DNA of 63,782 bases, filler included, from an uncultured Methanosarcinales archaeon (GTDB taxonomy: Archaea > Nanobdellota > Nanobdellia > Woesearchaeales > B54-G15), in NCBI GenBank assembly GCA_964519225.1. It is 3 parts of 3 records of this genome, joined end to end, with 100 filler letters (N's around TTAATTAATTAA, not from the genome) between each part and the next. Parts side by side here need not be neighbours in the genome. Positions count along the whole stretch, not along the records: positions 55,368 to 63,782 come from CAZFJK010000026.1; 2 more parts are not named here. One strand, 5' to 3'. The translations under genes and the position numbers were made by a program. How positions within the stretch are numbered: the stretch's first letter is position 1; each line of letters starts with the position of its first letter. Below, piece after piece: positions 58,301 to 63,782 of the stretch. Under the pieces are notes generated by a model, which saw nothing but the letters and a program-made list of their open reading frames with translations, was not told where the DNA came from and did not search any database.

Positions 58301-59178
58301 TTGGAAGCTTGATGGTAGAAATAATGAGGCGCTACAGAATCGTTACGGTAGAGGACACTTTGGAGCTTCCTGTTGCTGCGTTGAGAAAACTTAATTTTAA
58401 TATTCAAAGTATGAAAGTCAGGTCTGCTCTTGCAAGAGGCGGCACTGAGCTTCCGGCAGATGAAGGTATAAGAACTGCTTTAAGGCTCGGAGACAGTGCT
58501 TTAATAATTGGCGAGGTTAGAAGTAAAGAAGCATTAGCTTTATATGAAGCTATGCGCATCGGTGCAATGGCAAATTTAGTTGCAGGAACAATTCACGGTG
58601 AAAGTCCTTACGGTGTGTTTGACAGGGTTGTTAATGACTTAGGAGTTCCGAGAACAAGCTTTAAAGCAACAGATTTGATCGTAGTTGCCAATCCGATAAG
58701 AAGTCCTGATGGCCTGCACAGATGGAGGAGAATTGTTCAGGTTACAGAAGTAAGAAAGCACTGGGAAACAGATCCATTGCTTGAGCACGGATTTGTGGAC
58801 TTGCTTAAATATAATCCGCATACCGACCAGCTTGAACCAACAAGTGATTTGATAAATGGTGACTCTGATGTTATAAAGGCTGTTGCAGCAAATGTTAAAG
58901 AATGGGCCGGTAACTGGAGTGCTGTTTGGGATAATATTCTGTTGAGGGCCAAGATAAAAGAAACTCTTGTGAATTATGCTTTGAAAAGCAAACAGCATGA
59001 CTTGCTTGAAGCTGAGTTTGTTGTTGTCGCTAACGACCAGTTTCATAATATTTGTGAGAAGGTAAAAGAAGAGATTGGTAGTCTCGATAGCAAAAGGATT
59101 TTTTCTGAATGGGAAAGCTGGTTGAAGAGGGAAATAAAGAGAAAACAAGCTGCAGGCGCAGGTTCTAGGGCTAAATAA
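55368..59178 (+). CDS. Type II/IV secretion (pilus/Tad) ATPase, 5'-truncated, intein-containing
   Basis: Walker A GTRSAGK|T split by the intein; VEDTLEL; IGEVR; GTIHG. Confidence 0.93.
56422..58290 (+). mobile_element. Intein with LAGLIDADG homing endonuclease (623 aa)
   Basis: Begins CVTGDT; TPEHP block B; LGYLVGDG and LRAYFDCDG; ends VYDL...HNFVANGIIAHN|T. Confidence 0.95.
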
Positions 59179-59179
59179 A

Positions 59180-61318
59180 ATGCGAGAAGCAGATGTTAAA
59201 GAACTTGTACGAAAATATAAAGAACGTCTTGAACGAGAGTTAAAAGCAAAGCCGAGTGAAATAAAGCCAGTATTTTCAAAAGAGTATGAGGTGTTTAGGC
59301 GGGAACTGCTTCCAAGGAAATTAACTGTTTATGAAAAGGCTTGCAATGTTGCAGCTAAAATTTTGAAGATTAAGCCAGGAAAAGAAAAAGAGCAAGAGCT
59401 TTTAGATGCTATACGAACATGCCATCTTAAAATAAGTCCTGAAGGAGCTGTTTCCTTGCCTATAGGAGCAACGATTTTGATTTTGTTGTTCGGAGTTCTT
59501 GTTTCAATATTTCTTTTCAAGTCGAGTTTTTTGCTTTTATTCTTTTTAGTTTTTGCTGGTTTGAGTTATTATGCTTTGAATAAGCTCCCATTCTTTTTAG
59601 CTACGAGCTGGAGGATGAAAGCAAGCAATCAGATGATTTTGTGTATTTTTTATGTTGTGACGTTTATGCGGCACACGCCGAATCTCGAGAGAGCTATTAA
59701 GTTTGCAGCCGAGCATATAGATCCGCCGTTGGCACTTGACTTGAAAAAGGTTCTTTGGGATGTTGAAACTGGTGAGTATGAGAACGTGAAAGAAGCGATG
59801 GATGCCTATCTAAATAGCTGGAGGAAATGGAATCCAGAGTTTGTTGAAGCTTTTCATCTTGTTGAAAGCTCGCTTTATGAAGCGAGTGAGGACAGACGAG
59901 TCGGTTTGCTTGACAAAGCACTTGATTTAATCCTTACTGAAACTTATGAGAAGATGCTTCATTTTGCGCACAACCTTAAAGGTCCTGTTACGATGCTGCA
60001 TATGCTCGGAATAATCTTGCCTATTCTTGGCTTGGTTATTCTGCCGCTGGTTGTTAATTTTTTGGGTAATGTAAAGTGGTATCATTTGGCGTTGCTTTAT
60101 AATGTTGCCTTGCCTATTATAGTGTATTTTTTTGGAAGAAATATTCTTACCAAAAGGCCAACAGGTTATGGAGATAGCGATATTAGTGAGATAAATCCTC
60201 GTCTGAGAAAGTATAGATGCGTTTTGATAAGGATCGGCAGAAGGGAGATTAAAGTCAGTCCTTTTGCTATAGCTGTTTTGGTCGGAGCTATTCTGCTTTT
60301 TATAGGATTGTTGCCTGTTATTATCCATGCCGTTAGTCCGGAATTTGATGCTGGTTTTATTGCTGGAAGTAAATTTCTGGATTATAGGGAAAGCAGGGTT
60401 GAAGCAGGAACTATTGTCGGCCCTTATGGTTTGGGAGCAAGCTTGCTTTCTTTATTTGTTGTTCTTGCTCTTGGCATTGGTCTTGGAATTTATTTTAGGA
60501 TAAGAAGCAGCAAATTGATGAGGATTAGGGAGCAGACAAGACAGCTCGAAGATGAATTTGCAAGCAGCTTGTTTCAGCTTGGAAACAGGCTCGGTGATAA
60601 TCTTCCTGCTGAGATTGCTTTCAGCAAGGTTGCGGCTGTTTCTCACGAAACACCGGCTGGAAGATTTTTCAAGATTGTTGCTGCTAATATAAGCAGGCTT
60701 GGAATGAGCGTAAAAGAGGCTTTGTTCAATCCATATACTGGAGCAATAACTTATTTTCCTTCGAGGATTATTGAGTCGAGCATGAAGGTTTTGATTGAAG
60801 CAGTTAAAAAAGGACCACTTATAGCTGCAAGGGCGATATTGAGCGTTGCAAGGTATATCAAAGAGATTCATAAAGTGAATGAGAGGCTGAAGGATTTGCT
60901 TGCAGAAGAGTTAAGCAGCATGAAGAGCCAGATAAAATTTTTGGCTCCGACGATAGCAGGAATTGTTGTTGGGATAAGCAGCATGGTAATAACAATCCTG
61001 CTGAAGTTAAGCGAACAGTTGAGTGCTATAAGTGCAGCTGGTGAAGCAAGTATTGCACAGATGAATCTTCTTGAGATGTTCGGCGATGGCATTCCGACAT
61101 ATTTCTTTCAAATGATTGTTGGTATTTATGTTGTTCAGGTGATTTTTATCCTGACGGTATTGGCAAATGGAATAGAAAACGGTGCAGACAAGCTTGCCGA
61201 GAGATATGCTTTAGGTAGAAACTTGATTAAAAGTACTTTGCTTTATTGCTTTGTTGCTGGACTTGTTATGCTGCTGTTTAATATTATTGCTGCACAGGTA
61301 ATCAGGTTTGCTGTTTAA
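59180..61318 (+). CDS. TadB/TadC (GspF-like) pilus membrane platform protein
   Basis: Multiple TM helices with two helical cytoplasmic domains; follows the secretion ATPase. Confidence 0.85.
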   Translation: MREADVKELVRKYKERLERELKAKPSEIKPVFSKEYEVFRRELLPRKLTVYEKACNVAAKILKIKPGKEKEQELLDAIRTCHLKISPEGAVSLPIGATILILLFGVLVSIFLFKSSFLLLFFLVFAGLSYYALNKLPFFLATSWRMKASNQMILCIFYVVTFMRHTPNLERAIKFAAEHIDPPLALDLKKVLWDVETGEYENVKEAMDAYLNSWRKWNPEFVEAFHLVESSLYEASEDRRVGLLDKALDLILTETYEKMLHFAHNLKGPVTMLHMLGIILPILGLVILPLVVNFLGNVKWYHLALLYNVALPIIVYFFGRNILTKRPTGYGDSDISEINPRLRKYRCVLIRIGRREIKVSPFAIAVLVGAILLFIGLLPVIIHAVSPEFDAGFIAGSKFLDYRESRVEAGTIVGPYGLGASLLSLFVVLALGIGLGIYFRIRSSKLMRIREQTRQLEDEFASSLFQLGNRLGDNLPAEIAFSKVAAVSHETPAGRFFKIVAANISRLGMSVKEALFNPYTGAITYFPSRIIESSMKVLIEAVKKGPLIAARAILSVARYIKEIHKVNERLKDLLAEELSSMKSQIKFLAPTIAGIVVGISSMVITILLKLSEQLSAISAAGEASIAQMNLLEMFGDGIPTYFFQMIVGIYVVQVIFILTVLANGIENGADKLAERYALGRNLIKSTLLYCFVAGLVMLLFNIIAAQVIRFAV

Positions 61319-61378
61319 GAATTTCCGCTTTCGTTTTTTTTAGAAAACGAATATTTAATAATATATGATAGGAGTGGA

Positions 61379-61452
61379 TGGGGCGGCCGGGATTTGAACC
61401 CGGGACACCACGGTCTTCAGCCGTGTGCTCTCCCAGGCTGAGCTACCGCCCC
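61379..61452 (-). tRNA. tRNA-Phe(GAA)
   Basis: Cloverleaf GGGGCGG...CACGG-CTGAAGA-CCGTG...GGTTCAAATCC...CCGCCCCA; no intron; no encoded CCA. Confidence 0.97.
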
Positions 61453-61483
61453 AAACTAAAAACAGCTGTTATTTGCTTCCAAA

Positions 61484-63782
61484 TTAAAACTTTTTAAGTT
61501 TTTCTAATTCTTCGTCGATATGCTCTATTAATTTATTTATTTTTTCGATAAGAACCAATGATCTCTCATCTGCTTTGTTTTTATTTATTTTTGGTTTCTT
61601 GGTTTTTGTCATTTTTTCTTTCTTTTTTTTGCTTATTTTAATTGGATAATGCTTTTCTATGCTTGGATGTTTTAATTCTTCTTTAATCTCGTCAATCAGT
61701 TGGAAGATGCCTTTTTCGATTTGTTCATGGCGCTTTTGTCTTATGCGAATGATTACTCCAGCATTCAACTTATAAAATTCATTAACGTATTTTTCTATGA
61801 ATTTTGCATTCCAGCCAGCATTGATAAGTAAGGTCTTTATCTTTGGTTTGTTCATGCCTCGAGCTATGGCTTTGAGAATGAATTCGTTTAGTATGTGCGA
61901 AATTTCTCGTGCCTTTTCTTCAAGCCTTTTGCGCAGTTCAGCCTCGCGCTCTGCTTTTTCTTCGAGCATATGTTTTCTTCTTTCATAGGCCTCGCGGCGT
62001 TTAATGCGCTTAAGTTCTTTCTTGCGTTCTTCGAGCGCCTTTTTGAGGGCTTTTGCTCTTCTTGCTTTTTCGAGCGCTAAAAGCTTATGTAATCTTTTTT
62101 CAGGTTCTGTTATTGCAGCAGCCTCTGCAAGAAGTTTTTCTTTTAATTCACGCTCTATTTCTTTCACCCGCTTCTTGCGTTCCCTTTCTAATGCGAGTTT
62201 TTCTTTTTCGACTTTTTTGAGAAGCTCTTTTTCAGGTTTGAGCACTGCTCTTTCTTCTCGTGTCAAACGCTGTTTGAGTTTTAGTTCATGCTTAGCAATT
62301 TCTGTTGGTGTTGGCGGAACAACTTTTTCAAGCAGCTGTTTTCTTAGCACTGCTTCTGATTTTTTGATAGTTTCTTCTTCATGGACAAGTTTTCTTTTGA
62401 GTGCTTTTGCAATAATTTTTCTTGCTTTTGCAAGTTTCTTTCTTTCGATTTCAGCTAGCATTCTTTCTTTTTCTAAACGTTTTCTGAGTTTTTTCTCGGG
62501 TGCAGTGATTAGTCTTCGTTCTGCTTTTAAGCGCTTGGCAAACAATTCGTACGCTTCATGTCTAAATGCCCAGATTATTGAGACTATTGCTGCTAAGGAA
62601 GCTATTGTTAAGATAACTATGTTTTCAAGCGATGTTGGGCAGAGAATGTAAGCAAGAACGATTAATGCTACAATTGCAAGCATATCTCCGAAAATATAAT
62701 CAAAGTAATCTCGCTTTTCTTTTTCTGTTGGTGCTTGGCGTAGTTTGATTGAACAATAAGACAAATGCGCGAACATCATAGATATTAAGATAAGAACGAT
62801 AATCGGCGGCTTGCATGGTTTTGCTGGCGGCAATGGTTTTTCTTTTTTTATTCTTAATTCGGGCTTTGGTAGTGCTGGTTTTGGAGGTGGCACAGTACAA
62901 GACCTTGTTTCTGTTCTTGGAGGACGCTTACAGCTTCCTATGTCATAGCATATCCTTGTTTGTGTTCCATTTATACAAGAGCCCCAGTCAGTGCAGTTCC
63001 ATCGTTCAAAGCAGCCTCTTCGCTTTCTCCTAACAGGTAAGCTTACTGCCTCTTCTTTTGCTACAGGTACTGATCGAACGGTATAGCCAGTACCAAGGAC
63101 GGTTGTAAATTCTACGATACCATCTGAACATGAATATGCTGGTGGCGTAAATAATGTTCCAGACGATATAATTTCGCTTCTGGTTTGTGGAAAGCCTGAA
63201 AGTTTATAGAAGTGTAAATTTGTGCAACTGCTAGCATTTAAAATAAGTTTTGCATCTGTAAGAAATTCCTGATTTTCTGAAACAGCATCATTTATTGAAA
63301 TGAAATCCTCTTCTACGATGAGATTGTTTTCACTTAAGTTTGCATCTGTAAGGCTTAGTGAATCCCAATGTATTTTTCCGCTTTCATTTCCTTCAATAGT
63401 CAGATTAAAGAAGCGATTAGGGTTTGATATGTTTGTGTTATAAACGATATAATTATCAAAATTTTTTAAAGTTAAGTTATAGAACGTGTTATTTTCAGAA
63501 TCCGTATCTGATCCAGGAGTATATCCGGAAATCCCGGTTACTCCTCCTCCTGAAATAACATTTCTGACATAAAGACCTGTTGATGAATTTCCTTCTAAAT
63601 AAACATTCTTGAATTCATTTCCTGGAGAATGGAATAGATAAATAGATTTATCACTGCATGAAGTTATTGTGATGTTTTCAAGACGATTATATGTTGATTT
63701 ATCGAGGTATATTCCATATTCAAAGTTCGTCATGTCGCAATTTGTAATATTATTATGTTCTTTGCTATCAATATAAATCGCG
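61484..63782 (-). CDS. Surface beta-helix protein with TM helices and a long cytoplasmic coiled coil (5'-truncated)
   Basis: Beta-helix repeats; WNCTDWGSCINGTQTR module; 3 TM helices; K/E/R coiled coil. Confidence 0.8.
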   Translation of the reverse strand, partial: AIYIDSKEHNNITNCDMTNFEYGIYLDKSTYNRLENITITSCSDKSIYLFHSPGNEFKNVYLEGNSSTGLYVRNVISGGGVTGISGYTPGSDTDSENNTFYNLTLKNFDNYIVYNTNISNPNRFFNLTIEGNESGKIHWDSLSLTDANLSENNLIVEEDFISINDAVSENQEFLTDAKLILNASSCTNLHFYKLSGFPQTRSEIISSGTLFTPPAYSCSDGIVEFTTVLGTGYTVRSVPVAKEEAVSLPVRRKRRGCFERWNCTDWGSCINGTQTRICYDIGSCKRPPRTETRSCTVPPPKPALPKPELRIKKEKPLPPAKPCKPPIIVLILISMMFAHLSYCSIKLRQAPTEKEKRDYFDYIFGDMLAIVALIVLAYILCPTSLENIVILTIASLAAIVSIIWAFRHEAYELFAKRLKAERRLITAPEKKLRKRLEKERMLAEIERKKLAKARKIIAKALKRKLVHEEETIKKSEAVLRKQLLEKVVPPTPTEIAKHELKLKQRLTREERAVLKPEKELLKKVEKEKLALERERKKRVKEIERELKEKLLAEAAAITEPEKRLHKLLALEKARRAKALKKALEERKKELKRIKRREAYERRKHMLEEKAEREAELRKRLEEKAREISHILNEFILKAIARGMNKPKIKTLLINAGWNAKFIEKYVNEFYKLNAGVIIRIRQKRHEQIEKGIFQLIDEIKEELKHPSIEKHYPIKISKKKKEKMTKTKKPKINKNKADERSLVLIEKINKLIEHIDEELEKLKKF

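Noticed and set aside
61379..61452. tRNA-Phe as the viral attB
   Set aside because: No matching segment seen in contig 1 by eye
62004..62651. 215-aa Ser/Phe-rich ORF and similar antisense ORFs
   Set aside because: Shadow frames of K/E-rich genes on the opposite strand

Overview
The window is three contigs joined by artificial N/TTAATTAATTAA spacers (1-28016, 28117-55267, 55368-63782). Contig 1 looks like a complete circular ~27.9 kb archaeal virus genome: its ends overlap by 110 bp and an ORF reads through the junction. It has two tandem small two-helix hydrophobic capsid-like paralogues carrying pilin-type (class III, KKG|Q) leaders, a large LamG membrane-anchored adhesin, a Zot/pI-like ATPase, a primase-SF3 helicase next to a probable origin, two tyrosine recombinase-family genes, a PAPS-reductase-family gene, a uL29-like ORF and an array of basic micro-proteins. 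This layout best fits a spindle-shaped virus lineage (inference). Contigs 2 and 3 are archaeal chromosome, with a DPANN/Woesearchaeota-like gene set (histone, eIF5A, eL40, Tyw1, TrmY, tRNA-Phe, intein-containing pilus ATPase). Contig 2 holds a compact thiolase-DUF35-ACP >< AcpS-AckA-Pta cluster, unusual because archaea generally lack ACP systems, and a subtilase whose nucleophile Ser is replaced by Cys. All calls come from motif reading without database searches. Co-occurrence in one file does not prove a virus-host link.
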